60,994 nucleotides of DNA, taken from the NCBI GenBank assembly GCA_050230475.1, contig JBFLGF010000111.1:1-60994 (forward strand), read 5' to 3'. The stretch comes from Ancylonema sp. Taxonomy: Eukaryota. Numbering within the stretch: position 1 is the first letter of the stretch; each line of letters opens with the position of its first letter. This document shows positions 1-12,659 of the stretch, one piece after another. The notes under the pieces are model-generated. The model saw only the letters and a list, made by a program, of their open reading frames with translations. It was not told where the DNA came from and searched no databases. The position numbers and the translations under genes are program-made.

Positions 1-163
1 CATCTACATGAAAACTTTTTTTTTTTAAAAGAATATCATAAAAAGTCTAGAAGCTATGTTTTTTTGAACTTGCTTTCTTGAAATCCCGAAATTCAGAGCG
101 CCCGGCACGGGCGGCCGGGCGGAGGCGGGCGGAAATATCCCCGCCCGCGGGCGGGTTTATCTA
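1..163 (-). mobile_element. Terminal fragment of a MITE of the same family as 49012-49369
   Basis: Reverse complement of the left part of the 49012 element (CTTTCTTGAAAT.CCGAAATTCAG, GGAAATATCCCCG, CCCGCCC motifs). Ends in a TIR-like CGGGTTTATCTA. Truncated by the window edge. Confidence 0.6.
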
Positions 164-798
164 TGAAAAATATCGATCCCATTATAGGATCGATAGCTCG
201 ATCTACGGTTCGGATTATTCGTCATGAATTTCCCTCATCTTGGAAGTGACGAAGCTTCTTCAGAGTCCCACATTCAACACTCAAATGTATTGACCAGTGA
301 ACGATTTGTTGTGTGGGGATGCAGCCATGGCCGACGAAAGTAGCGCAGATAGAGCTCCAAAGAGCTCCGATTCAGGATCTTGTAATTCACGCAGATCTAG
401 CTCCCCAACGTTATTTCATGTGGGAGAAAAGGTATGCAGCCAGTCTGTACACGCTTTGGTCAAGTGGGGGGTACACTTCGTACAGCGTCCTAGTGGCGAT
501 AGAAAAACAAATAAAAAAGCAAATAAAGCCTAGGACTTTGAACAAAGCCTAGGGCTTTGTACAAAGCGTGGGGTTGGAGTGAAGAGTTCAATGAAGATGA
601 GAATGTACCGACGGGCTCAACGAAAGTTTCTCTTGAGTCCCTCGTTGGCGACTTGAAGATGCCGTCCATTAGCATTGGTGACCTCCTTGCCTACAACCTG
701 GGATAGTTGATAGTAGAACCTTGTTGTACATGTGCCACTATGGGGTGTATAAAAATTGTGATTCGAGACTAGTCATCGTTTACGCTTCGAGTTATGAC

Positions 799-2573
799 TA
801 GGGTGGCGGTAACCCGCATTTTTTTTGTATGGTTTAAAAATAACCCGCATATACCCTCAATAAACCCGCAACTACCCTCACGTACCCCTAATTACCCCCA
901 CCATACCCTCAAAACCCCTTAAATGCCCGGAAATATCCGTAAACACCCTCAAAAACCCGAATAACCCTAGGATATCCTAACATACCTTGACGGTATGTTA
1001 CCCTATCAAAAGGTAGAAAAAGTCCCAACATTTTTATTAATATGCTTTGCATTACTAAAATATGAATGTTAAGAGCATAGATGGGCGCGGACCGTGTGCG
1101 ATATTTGCGCTCGCACACACGTGCTGCACGCTTGCGGAACGTGCACGCCAAAGACCCAAACATGGTTAAGAGAGTCTCTTTGAAAGACACGCAATTGTAA
1201 AGTCTAGACGTTGTATGCACGAGTATTTGACGGTATCGTTGTAAAAAGCATGGAGCATGTCAACCATACTGACTCGCTCATCTTATTCTTTAGGAGAATG
1301 TAAGAAAATGATACTCCTGAATCCTTTCAGTAGTTTTATATTTATGATTTGATGGACACTCACATGATGTTTGGGTGACGCTTGTATGATACGTGTGTAA
1401 TGCGCGATATACAACTTGTAATTGTGTTTGTTGTGATGCGCCTATTTGCCTTGTCATCGATATTATCCCTTTTCAGACACTTGATAGTGTGAAATAGCAT
1501 AGCATGCATATTATTTTCAATTGAGGCCAATAAAGATTGGAAAGGAGATTGATAATTTTTTACGAAAACCCTAATTGATCTACGATTTGCTACTATCATA
1601 TTCGAGAACCTCGAGTCAATAAATATCTTCACAAAATAGTCATACCAAGGTAGGAACGGTCACAAAATACTCTAAGAAAGATTCATGTGTAAATTAAATT
1701 CGGCATAGTTTTGCGCTAAAGAGCTCCAATTCATCCGATAAAATTGTTGCGAGGGAAGATTTTCTCCATCCCCATTTTTCCGAATTGTCCTCAAGCCGGC
1801 ATTCAGATCGACCTTCCGTTTCAAAAACGATATCGTCACGTCATATGGCATATGTTTGCCCCTCGCCAGATGTCGCACCATGTCTTTGGTAGAGCCCGCA
1901 CAAGGCCATCCCTTGGTTTTTGAGTCTAGCCATGCGGGTTCCGCTTCACAATACTTGCACATCACCTCGAAGGTTTGGGTATTGGCCATTTTATATTTTC
2001 CTGTTTTTGGATCCACATTCCGCCGAAAGTGTTCCACACATTTCTCATGAGTTGGTTCTTCTTCACCAATTGACTCATGCGTATCAAGTGACATGTCCAT
2101 GACGAAAAATATTTGTTATTGTGTCCCCAAGCCTCAACAACGATTCGGGCACCCACCCACGTAGTTATCCACGACCTCTACACAAGTCCGATCCGGGCAC
2201 CCTCGAGACTCTCTAAGCCGCCAGCGACAACTTGTCGCCAACACAAGGGATAGTGTTCGCGCCGTTCGCAACAAGGTTTTTTGAGCCACGGCCAGGCCGC
2301 ACAAATTCGTAACTGAAATTAGGCGATAAGAGACCTCTAAATGAGAAAGAACTTATCATAATCTACCTCCATCATAATGTACCCTGGAATACCCTCATAT
2401 ACCCTCAAATACCCTCAAATACCCTAGGGTATTCCGGGTATTTTCGGGTACGAGGGTTATTCCGGGTTATTGCGGGTTTTTAACCCGGTTTTTGACTGCC
2501 GGGTTATTTGCGGGTTAATACCTCAGGGTTACGGGTTAAGGGTTTTCCGGGTTATGGGTAGGCCGCCACCCTA
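799..2573 (-). mobile_element. hAT DNA transposon, internally deleted derivative
   Basis: 11-bp TIR TAGGGTGGCGG/CCGCCACCCTA. Perfect 8-bp TSD GTTATGAC (791-798, 2574-2581). AACCCG/TACCCTC subterminal repeats mirrored at both ends. Internal transposase remnants. Confidence 0.92.
1672..2100 (-). pseudogene. hAT transposase N-terminal remnant (BED-type zinc finger)
   Basis: ORF carries 'CVEHF...VMCKYC...GSTKDMVRHLARGKH', a BED-finger pattern, inside the TIR/TSD element. Frameshifted sequence at ~1240-1335 ('TER..SIIFLHSPK.NKMS') resembles the hAT C-terminal dimerisation region. Confidence 0.7.
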
Positions 2574-3249
2574 GTTATGACTGCGGCACTTTTATTTATG
2601 ATAATTTTGGTACGCATTCCAAAAATTTTGTTAAATGTGTCGGTACGAACCTAATACATGTAATGTTCGTTGCTAAACATCCACGTGCAGTCTTTCACAC
2701 CCACCTAAAATCATTACTCACACAATGGCCCCAAGTATTGATTATTTTTTGTTGTTATACTCCAAAGCGCTGCAATGGTGTCACACTCCCATGAAATGAT
2801 AACATTGTGAATTAGTATGTTACATTACAGTACAAGGTTATATGTAACGAACGACCGATTGTTATTTAATCCTTCAAAAATAGTGAAGAAATGGGAATTG
2901 TTGTTGCGGAGCGAATAACACGAGTTGTACGGTTCAAAAGGTTTAAATTATGATAATGGAAAAATGTACAAACTTTCGTTACATTATGGATGAAGACAGT
3001 TTCAAGTGAAGAGAACCAACTATTCAATCAAAATCCGAACAGTGACTTCAAAGGCATTAAAAATCGACGTGCAAAAGAAATACAAGCTATGTTTACAGTG
3101 AGATTATCGAACTCCCTTCCAATGATTATATATTTCTTATGTACAATGCGTTACTAATAAGAACGCTCAACTCGAATTACAAGTATCATAAATTTGTTTC
3201 CAAACTCGTATTGCATAACTTGCGGGTGAAAACCCTTTTTTTGGTGGTT

Positions 3250-3404
3250 CTTTGGGGTTGCGTGTTGCTTTTCGGGGTTGCGTGTTGCTTTTTGGGGTTG
3301 CGTGTTGCTACTTGGGGTTGCGTGGGGTTGGGTGGGGTTGCGTGGGTTTGCCAAAAAAACAACAACACGCAACCCAAAGGGGTTTGGGGTTGCGCCCCAT
3401 CCCT
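3250..3404. repeat. Orphan right end of a hAT-like element (GGGGTTGCG subterminal array)
   Basis: Several GGGGTTGCG(TG) copies ending in CCCCATCCCTA, which resembles the TAGGG-type TIRs elsewhere in the window. No matching left end seen. Confidence 0.5.
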
Positions 3405-3479
3405 AAATATTTTAAAACAATTGGGATTTAAATGGCTGAACTGCGAAGGTAGACATGTTTTCTGCAGGTGCGGGGAGCT

Positions 3480-3625
3480 CAAGCATGTGATCTGGGCTCC
3501 GGTCTCCGGGCTCACGAGCCCGGATCCTGGATCGGAGCCCGGAGCCCAGATTTCTGCTCGGAGCCCAGAGCCCGCACCCAAAGAGCCCAGCTCGGAGCCC
3601 AAAAAAAAGAGCCCAGAGCCCAACA
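3480..3625. repeat. GAGCCC repeat cluster, probably an orphan TE end
   Basis: About 8 GAGCCC/GGGCTC copies after CAAGCATGTGATC. No partner end found. Confidence 0.4.
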
Positions 3626-6600
3626 TGAAAAATAAAATGCTTAGCTGACACACCACTCCACCGCAAGGTCAGTTGTGAAGAGGTAGCTACTCCATTACGG
3701 GTAGCACACAAACTACATCACACAATTAATCATATAATATTACAAAGTGAGAAAATCCGAAATGTTTTATGCAAAGTTGTTAATTTCAAGGTTATATTTG
3801 TGTTATGTACAACTTATAATGTTCACTTGGATCACTAGGAGTGATTGGCATGGTAATTATATTTCACTATCCATCTTCATGTTTCCATTCATGTTTGAGA
3901 CTGGATAGGAGTGTAAACCAGTTCCCTAACGGATAATATTAAGAAACTTACAAGACAGTGTGCGTGCCTTTGGGGGGGAAAAAAAATCGGCACGTATATG
4001 TGACAAGCGAGTGAAAATGATACAAAGCATGTATATTGATCAATCGTGTGAAATACATATGTACCGCAGCAAACATTGCACCAACTCCTAGCGTGTGAGG
4101 CTACTGAGACTACCGAGTCTACGCCCAATATATACAATTCACTATGAGAGGTGAACTTCGGTGAAGTCCATGGCACCCAAACTAGACATGAAGTCCTCTT
4201 TCAATGGACGCTTCTCCCCCATAAAAGATGTGGCATCGCTATCGTTGACGTCATTGTCTAGAGGAAAGGTGGAATGCACACTCCAGCTCCAAAGTTCCTC
4301 CAAAGCTCCTCCAACCTCTCCAACTCAATGACTTCTTCGAATTGAGCCCTCTCATCCGCGGACTCATCCCCCTCATCGTGAGTCACAAACTCATCGATCA
4401 CGTCACTATACAACGAGCTAGCAACAGAGAAGCATACATCTTGTGTCACCTAAACCCTCGACCTTTTTGCCAATTTTCGATTTCACTTTCAGAACAAGAA
4501 CAAGAACATGGCCTAAACCCTTTCGGAACAAGAACTTAGCGAGTGGTGTCTATAATGTAAAATCAAAGTGACAACAAAGCGAGAGCGATTGGAAGCAACC
4601 CTGATTGCGTAATCACTCACTCATGAAATATGTTGCCATATTTTCTCTACACATTGCCACTTTTTATTATCTACAGCCACAACCGTGGACAAAGAATGAG
4701 CTAATGTCATTCTTGATGTATTAGCTTGATCTAGCCCTAGATCCATAACTCACAATTGCTCTCAAGACTCAAATGAGAAGCATGATCTCCTATTCTTTGT
4801 GTGATGGACTTATAACCATGAACTCGTAATCATTGAGAATAAGCACCAATATTCAACACTCAAAGAATGTGTCACTCGCAAAGAAAAATGATGGTGTGCA
4901 AAAGAGATTTCTCCAAGTTGTTAATAGCTCCATGACGATAAACAAACGAAATCTATAGGCAAAGACAATTGCCTAGAGCTAATGTCGAAATGACTTAGGT
5001 GGCTCCTTCCCTATGACGAGGCTACTTGTTGTCATTCATACGAGACATCTAAGCCACCCTAGCTTGTAGCGATGCCTATGCTTGCCATATGTCAAATATT
5101 TCACCCTAGAATATTCGCCACCTAATCATAATTCATACATGACCTACATGTGTCAAATACGTGGCATGTTTACATGCAAAGGTGTCAAATGTTGACACCT
5201 TATTTCCACCTCATTATAATTTGGACACCTGATGTGCCACCTCACCCAAAAACGCATTTTGCCCTCCACATGGCAATTACCCGAAACGTAACAATTATTT
5301 TTGCCACTCCTACCAACAAGCCATCAACATAAGCGCCCAAATTCCCATAAGTAATTTTCCCCTTCTTACTTAATACTGGCTGATGCAATTAAAAAAACTC
5401 TATAAGCACATTGTGCCAAAAAATCTTTCATCAAACCTTGGAGGCGAGTGTAGCGTGGCTGAGGAAAATTTCGTGGAAAGTAACCGGTGGCATTTATACA
5501 AATATTCAAACCATACTTATCTCGTTGGATCATCATCTCCCTACAAAGTGGTGCCTGTTTCATCATTTAGGACCACATGTATGGACTAAAATATTTCTAA
5601 AAGCTTAACTTTCGTCAAGAGCCAAGGCGCCAAGGCCAAGGCGCCAAGGCGCTACACAAATCTGGGCACACGTTCCGGATAAAGTCCGTTCCGCGCCTTC
5701 GCATACACAATCCCTAATATCGAGAGAAACCGCTCGTCGCACATAGAATTCACGCAACTTTGAAACAGCCTTAAAACAAGACTTGCGAGTTCCAATCAAC
5801 TCGAGTCCTCCCCCAACATCTTCCATAAATAAGTGGGTGTTAAATTTGTGTGTTGGGAATTAGTAGATGTTTAAGTGGCCTCGATTCAACGCAATGTCTT
5901 GATATGTTTTGGTGTTTTGGCAAGTTCCGTTTTTATAATGTCGAACTTAATTTTTAGTTTGATATGCCATATTTTGCGGCACTTTGAGCTACGTGTCGAT
6001 GAATGTCGACGAATGTCGACGTTTTGTCGATAAGATTGAGCTTTAGTGTTATCGATCTCTAGTGGCGTCGACAACGTTTGTGATGTCTGGCTCAAGGGCA
6101 TGGATCGCTCTTAAAAATTTTAATCGTTTTTTTCCTATCTCAAGTGCTTCTCTTCTTGAAGTGATCTTTTATTGCCGTGAGCTACTTTATTCATAAGTGT
6201 ATAAGTGTTATAATTTCTTGCGTCGATGGCAAAATCAAGTACTAACATCGGCGTCCGCAAGTCTTCGCCGAGCATCTTGAGAGTGGTTGCACATCATAGT
6301 AAATTGAAGCAAAGTTTAGTTTCCATCAATGATGCAAGCAAAAATCTTATACCTCAATTTTTAATGTACTATTGGTGAACGGACCCTTTGGTGAACGGAC
6401 CCCAAGACAGAGAATGAAAGCACCCTAGAGATAGATTATGTCATTTTTGAAGAAAGTATCGTAGAGATCCACAAGGAGGAGGGACACGTTTGGCCACATA
6501 AGTTTGCGACGACGGGCGGGTTCAAAACGTAGGCCGTGACAAAGACAAGCTTTTGGTCCGAGGCCTCAGGTTTTTTTGTTTGGTCGTATCCCCGACAAAA

Positions 6601-8507
6601 AAAATTAGGCCCCAAATTGACGGTTAGGGGTAGAAAATGCCCCTAAATATCCCCTAAACCATAATTCTTATAAATTTGGAAGATTTAGGGGTGCTTTCTC
6701 GGCGTACCCTCATTATGCTTTTGTGATTTGGGCCCAAGTACCCCTGATTACGAAGAGGGTTATTAGACTTGCCATCCCCGAAAATACCAAGTACCGTCGC
6801 ACCTCGATATAATGATATTTCTGCGGCGGATTCTTAGGTCACTATATCGATTCACATATTCACGATACCGTACTTGCCATATTTAATGTTCTAGTAATTA
6901 CTTATTTATTAACGAGCACCAATGTTAATAGCTAGGTCCGCTCATGGGGGCTTAAGTCCCTTTATTTCCTGGTTTTTATCAAGCCGGGGGCCACATCCAT
7001 ACCTAAGGATCAACGGGGTTTTATATTGAGTGTGGGTCAATATAAGAAAACATAAGGATGTTTATCTCATTAAGCACATTGGGAACCCCATCTGAGTACA
7101 AGAACGACAACAATCGGACACTATGGAAACAAAACACGGGCATCATACCCCGCCTTAAAACACCCGAGAAACAACATGTAACACCGTAGACGACAACACC
7201 AATTGCGGAGAGGGGGGGGGTAACATAGCCATACCTAAAGCCATACACTAGGTTTCGTTGCCGAAACCAAGTATACAGAAAACTAGAATTTTGCCGCGAG
7301 CGCCCATTCAAGTGCGATGCATGGTGAGCACAATTCAACATGAAACAATTTAAAAAAACACTGTACGTTTCCAACGCAAATGTGATCTACTTTGGGATAG
7401 TAAGGATCAGTGGGGTCTTTAAAAGTGGCCGGCGAGCCTAGCCGCCATTCTAGAATCGTCTCGAAGCTCCAAATTGACGTTTTACATTTTGATTTCTCAG
7501 AAAGACATATGTTGGAGATCTGTCACAGATCTTTATAGAAAATGAGAAACATCAACCAAATGATACGTGTTTAATGTGCATTGATATTTTATTATGGCGC
7601 ACTTATTTGTGATGCGACAAGCATGAGCCTCCAAGTGATATACGATAACAATTTTTAAAATATTTATCTTTGTAACGCGGAGAAACATTAATGCATCCTC
7701 ACAATATTTGATAGGTCAATATTTGAACAAATTTCGGACCACTTTTTAATGATTTCAACCGAAGAATGTTTGCAAATTTCAAGTGCCCTTTCGTACACGT
7801 GTAAGGGAAATATATATTTGAGTTCTGATCACCTACTCTTATGATCACCTACTCTCACACAAAAACAATTTTGATGAGACACAGCACAATTAATTGAAGC
7901 TGATACTCGATGGTGGCAATGGTAGCGAATCTACTTGTGTTGTCACGCCCCCAACAAGAATTCCACCAAACCCAGTTAGTTCCTAGTAAAATCAGCTAGA
8001 CCAACTTTCCCGTCAATCAAAGTGACACACGCCAAGATGTGATTTTAGATGTGTAGAGTTGGCCACTTAGTGACCAATTGGGTCTCACGTGATTTGGCCA
8101 CTCGAGACTCTCATTCTTCATTTCATTTTTTACTTCACTTATGTCCCAACAAGTCATGCACGTAGAATGTAAAACTGATTCTAGTTCTACACAACCATTA
8201 TTTCACGAAGAACAAGAAGGAAAGCCAACAATAATACTTGGGATCTTCCGCGCACCATTTCGTTTGCAACATTACGTCGCATGCGAATGGGAAATGACAA
8301 CCCGAGCCTTAGAATGTTTAACAAAGTAACAACATTGTTGGACACCGTAAATCTAGCGAAAAGGGTGGTGATCTACAAAATCGACACGGATATGACCTTT
8401 TTCATCGACAAGCTGAATGCCACAAATACTTCGCAAGTACACACTAGGTGAAAATCAAGGTGAATATTTACAACTACAAAGTCACTCTTCACTACAGTGT
8501 CCCTACG

Positions 8508-11483
8508 CTATACCAAAGCCGGTTTCAAAGTATGTACTTTTCGTTGGTCCATGTAGTAGGTTCGGTTCCCCAACGTGCCCTGACTAAACATGTCCTCGAA
8601 TTCTCTGTCCCAGAGAACTTCGTTGTCGTACACAAAATAAACAACGCGCGCGAAAATGGGGTGCATGCTCGACCTCTCCAACCCGAAAATGCTGACGTCA
8701 AACGAGCAGTCGTCCGCCACAAGCGACTGCGTAACCCGCCCCACCAGATGACGGACTCGGCAACGAAATTGTGAAAGGGTTTTTTCACAACGGGGGAATC
8801 TATCAAAGGTAGGCAAATGTCATGTCCCTGTATTTTTCCAATTTATCCATAACATACACACGACAAAACCGGGATAGGAATGAAAACTCCATGATCCTAT
8901 CCCTTTCTTGCTTGATTTTATATTTCTTCTATTTCTAGCCAACTCATCTATCTTGGGTCCCAATAGTATTCCCAATAGCTTTGGTAGTAGTCCCAAAGTA
9001 TTAAGGGACCTTCTTTGATGCATATCTAATAATGCAACCCCGCAATAATTAATAATAATAATAGGGAAAAAAAAACATCCGCACCACTCCAACGATCTTG
9101 TGAATCCAAAGCATGTCAATCAAGCAAAGATTATAAATAGAACATATAAATAGAACATATATATAGAACATATAAATAGAATTGGCCTTTTGTTCTTGCG
9201 CCCACCAATCCCTCACCTCCCTCGACTCCACCTCGTACAAGGGGCTGTTCTCGTCGATGACGTGGCGCAACACCATCCCGTATCTTAAAAAGGGCGCGGT
9301 TTCGCGCACCAACGGCAGCTTGGTGTGCGTCACGAAACGGGATCCGGATTCGCTGATGATGTGGCGCCGCAGAGTGAGGTCGAATTTGGCGTCAATCAAG
9401 TGGCAGGGTTCAGGGCCCTGGAGGATGAAACGGGTGGTGAAAACCCTGAAGGCGCAAAGGGGGGGAAGGGGGGGAAGGAGGGAAGGGGGGAAGGGGGGAA
9501 GGGGGGAAGGGGGGAAGGGGGGAAGGGGGGAAGGGGGGATGGGGGGAAGGGGGGATGGGGGGGTGACAAGATAAGCATGGGGTTGGGGTGGGGAATGGTT
9601 TGGAGGGAGCGGAAAAGGGGGGGGGGGGGGGGGAAGGAGGGAAGGGGGAAGGGGGAATGGGGAAAAGGGGGGGTAACAAGATAAGCATGGGGTGGGGGTG
9701 GGGAATGGTTGGGGGGGAGCCGGGAAGGGGGGAAGGGAAGAGGTGGCAAGGTAGGCATTATAGGGGGGGTGGTGGGTGTTGGGGGAGTGGGGGGAATGCA
9801 AGAGGTTTGAATGCTGCTTACTTGTGCGATTTCACATTCTGCGCGGCCCACTTGTCATCTGCGATCACCGCAACTTTGGACCATCTGACGGGGGATGGGG
9901 CTTGGGAAAGCCGCTGGAACACTGGGGATAGGTTGGGGGGGGGAGGTGCGGGACATTAATGCCTATCAGAAACCATTGTCAATCAGAAACCTGAAAAACC
10001 CCCAAGTATACCCCAAAAAAACCCCAAAATGATAAAAACAGTAATACAAAAAAAAAAGCACGAAAAAAGCCCGAACCACAGAGGTGCCATTAGAAAAACC
10101 CTAAAAAATCATAGAACCTTCCTAGCAAGTTCCTTGACGGTCTCTGTCCCGAGTCCACCTCACCCGCCCCGCTGAGGACGACGAAGATGAGTTGCGCACA
10201 CAGCGTCTCAAGGTTGGCCACGAGCAGACAGAAGGGGGAGCGCGCCTCCATCGTCGCCCCCCCCATCGTGGTGGCAATGGAGAGGCTGTAGAAGAAGGTG
10301 ACGACCACGTTGGGTCCGAGCAGTTCTTCCACGCGCTTCTCCAGGAGGGAGTTGGAGAAGTAATGGGATCGGGAGGAGGGTTCGAGGCCGGAAGGGTCGA
10401 GGAGGTAGAGGAAGGAGAAGAAGAGGCTGAGGAGGAGGGGGCAGCTGAGCATGAAGAGGAGGAAGCAGGGGGGGGGCATCTGGGGGGGGCGGTGGGGGGT
10501 GGGGGGTGGGGGGTGGGGTACAGGAGGGAGAGCGTGATCAGATTCGCTGGGAGATTTTGTGAGGGGATGCTGGGGTGGAGGCCCGCTATCTGCGACTAGG
10601 GGCCGTTATATAGAGGGAGCTACGGCAAACAGTGAGGGATGGGGAATGGATCTGTTTCGTTGCATCGACGTCAGGAAAAGGTGCTGTGGCACGTTGAGAA
10701 CGCGCCATTGATTGACACCTGTCGTCTCATGTCTGGTTGACCGTCACTGGACGCACCAATAATTATTAACTCGTCTTATTATTTGACACCAATAATTATT
10801 AACTTGTCTTATTATTTGACCGCCAATGGCTGCCGGAGATTATGACGCCTTCACCTCCGTACAGTCAGAGACGGGTCGTATGAATCTCTTACTCTAAGCA
10901 TGATCATGTAGATGTTGTAGAGGCGGCTCATGCTGTTGTACTCTTTCTTCACTCCAATGCTATCCAGCATCGCCCGCCCTTTCAGCTCCGCCCGCGGCTC
11001 CTTCCCGTCCGCCGCCCCCGGCGTACCCTCTGCCTGCCCCTCCTTTTCCCGTTCCTCAACCGCCGTCCCGCGGCCCTCATCCAGGTGCCCCTCACCGACA
11101 TCTGAAATCCCGCTTCGCCGGGAACCCTGTCGCGAAATCGCGCTGGGATGTAGGGGCGATACGGGGCGGGAAACTGGGGGCGAAGGAGCTGGGATGGATA
11201 TTGAGTAGCGGTCAAGCCTCTCCCCCTGGGAGCTGACCAGCGGCTGGGGAATGCCTTCGAATCCGCCCGGACGCTTCATCGAGGTTTCAGCAGGTGACAT
11301 TGCAGGTGAAGGGCATCGGCATAACGGGTAAGAGGAGATACGCGCCCTGAGTTCTGAGTCTTCAGACGGATGCGCGGTAGCAGACGGAGTTTCAGGGCGG
11401 GAGAGGCCGGGTGTCGTTGCAAGCGAACTCTCAGGCAGTGGACGGTGACGCACCTTCGGCGCACTTTCGTGGAGACCTTCTCC
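8508..11483 (-). CDS. Inward-rectifier (Kir/KirBac-like) ion channel, multi-exon; 5' end uncertain and may extend to ~11709
   Basis: GT-AG, phase-compatible exons ~11483-10863, 10479-10164, 9921-9822, 9445-9217, 8726-8508. Product is colinear with KirBac architecture: slide helix/M1 (RDSYDPSLTMPPPCFLLF...FFSFLY), pore helix (TFFYSLSIATTMGG), M2 (VANLETLC...SGAVFQRL), cytoplasmic domain (LPLVRETAPFLRYGMVLRHVIDENSPLY; LWDREFEDM). Confidence 0.88.
9455..9795 (+). repeat. G-rich (GGGGGAAG)n array with a duplicated unit, inside a Kir intron
   Basis: Visible tandem GGGGGAAG/GGGGGGAAG units. The block ACAAGATAAGCATGGGGT...GGGGAATGGTT occurs twice (~9566, ~9676). Confidence 0.85.
10755..10820. repeat. 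32-bp tandem duplication in a Kir intron
   Basis: CACCAATAATTATTAACTYGTCTTATTATTTGA twice. Confidence 0.85.
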
Positions 11484-12659
11484 TTAGTTTGTCAGGAGGA
11501 TAGTGACGTGGCAATCCTGTCTATAGCACGGTGAACTTCTCGATGTAGTCACCTTTTTACGGCTTGTTGCCAACCTCCGCGCGGCGGCCAACTGCACAGA
11601 GTTGCGGAAGCCCGTCCCTGGACGTCCCCTTCATGGTAACGGTTGGGCCAACAATCCACTTGTTAAATTCGGATCTGCGAAAGGATGGCGCACTTCCTTG
11701 CGACGCCATAATTTTGGTGACGTGTTGTGTGGCGACTGGTGCTCTTGGTGATGAGGACACCACCCTCTTAGTCGATCCGGCTCTCAATACAACCTGTGCT
11801 TTTTGTTTTCAACCTAATTTATTTGTATTGTTTTTGTATTTCCAAAAAGGACCTCCAATGAAACATCTTATTGTGGTCGCGTTCACCCCCTATAAATATT
11901 ACCAATCCATTCTTGTTTTCAACCAGATTAGATGTGCGGCCCTTCTCACGACGACAAACTATGGCCCTATGAAGGCGTATTTAGTGATTACATGTGCTTC
12001 GTAACAATTGCTTTCAATGTCATAGACTCTACCCCTCTTCTCCACCTTCATTTACCACCATACGAATGAAATTGTAGCCCGCCTGATTCGAGACCCGACA
12101 GACCGGATCAGAGTCCGGTTACTATTGTGACTACCTAGTGTACATGTGCAATGAGATAACTTGAACGAATTATACATTGTTGTTGTTGTCTTGAATATTT
12201 CGAACTCGTTCGCGATGAAATAGAAGAGTGAATTGGAACATCCAAGTAGTTCTCTCACAAGCACTCTGCATGATAAATTTGTGCTTTTGCACCTTTTTCG
12301 GGGACTAAAACTAAAGTGCACATTTGGGGCTCCCAAGTGTTCAATCACAACCAAGTACAATTACGAGTGGATTTCGTCTCTAGCTTTCCACGAAAGCTGT
12401 GTCCTCGACATCAAATCTCATCATAGAAATGCGACTTCGATTTAGTTTGTGCAATGGCCAATCGATGTGGGGAAATCCTTCATTGATAAAGATTTGAAGT
12501 CTTGCCTTACAGCCTTCTTACAAAGACCTACTCCCACTTCGATGGAATCGGAAAACAAAGGAGGTCGAGCCAACTCAAAACATGTAGTCCACAACCGGTT
12601 TGAAATAATACAAAGTGCAGAGTCGAGCCTTTGTGTTCTCTAACCTTTTCTTTGAGGTT

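Noticed and set aside
2582..3200. Possible transposase remnant (FIYDNFGTH resembles a DDE_1 motif)
   Set aside because: A single short motif in stop-riddled frames is insufficient support.
7420..7455. Possible Helitron 3' end (GC hairpin plus CTAG)
   Set aside because: Hairpin imperfect, spacing wrong, not followed by T, and no 5' end identified.
9396..9851. Extensin-like proline-rich ORFs
   Set aside because: Derived from the G-rich intronic repeat; only 9217-9445 and 9822-9921 are coding (Kir).
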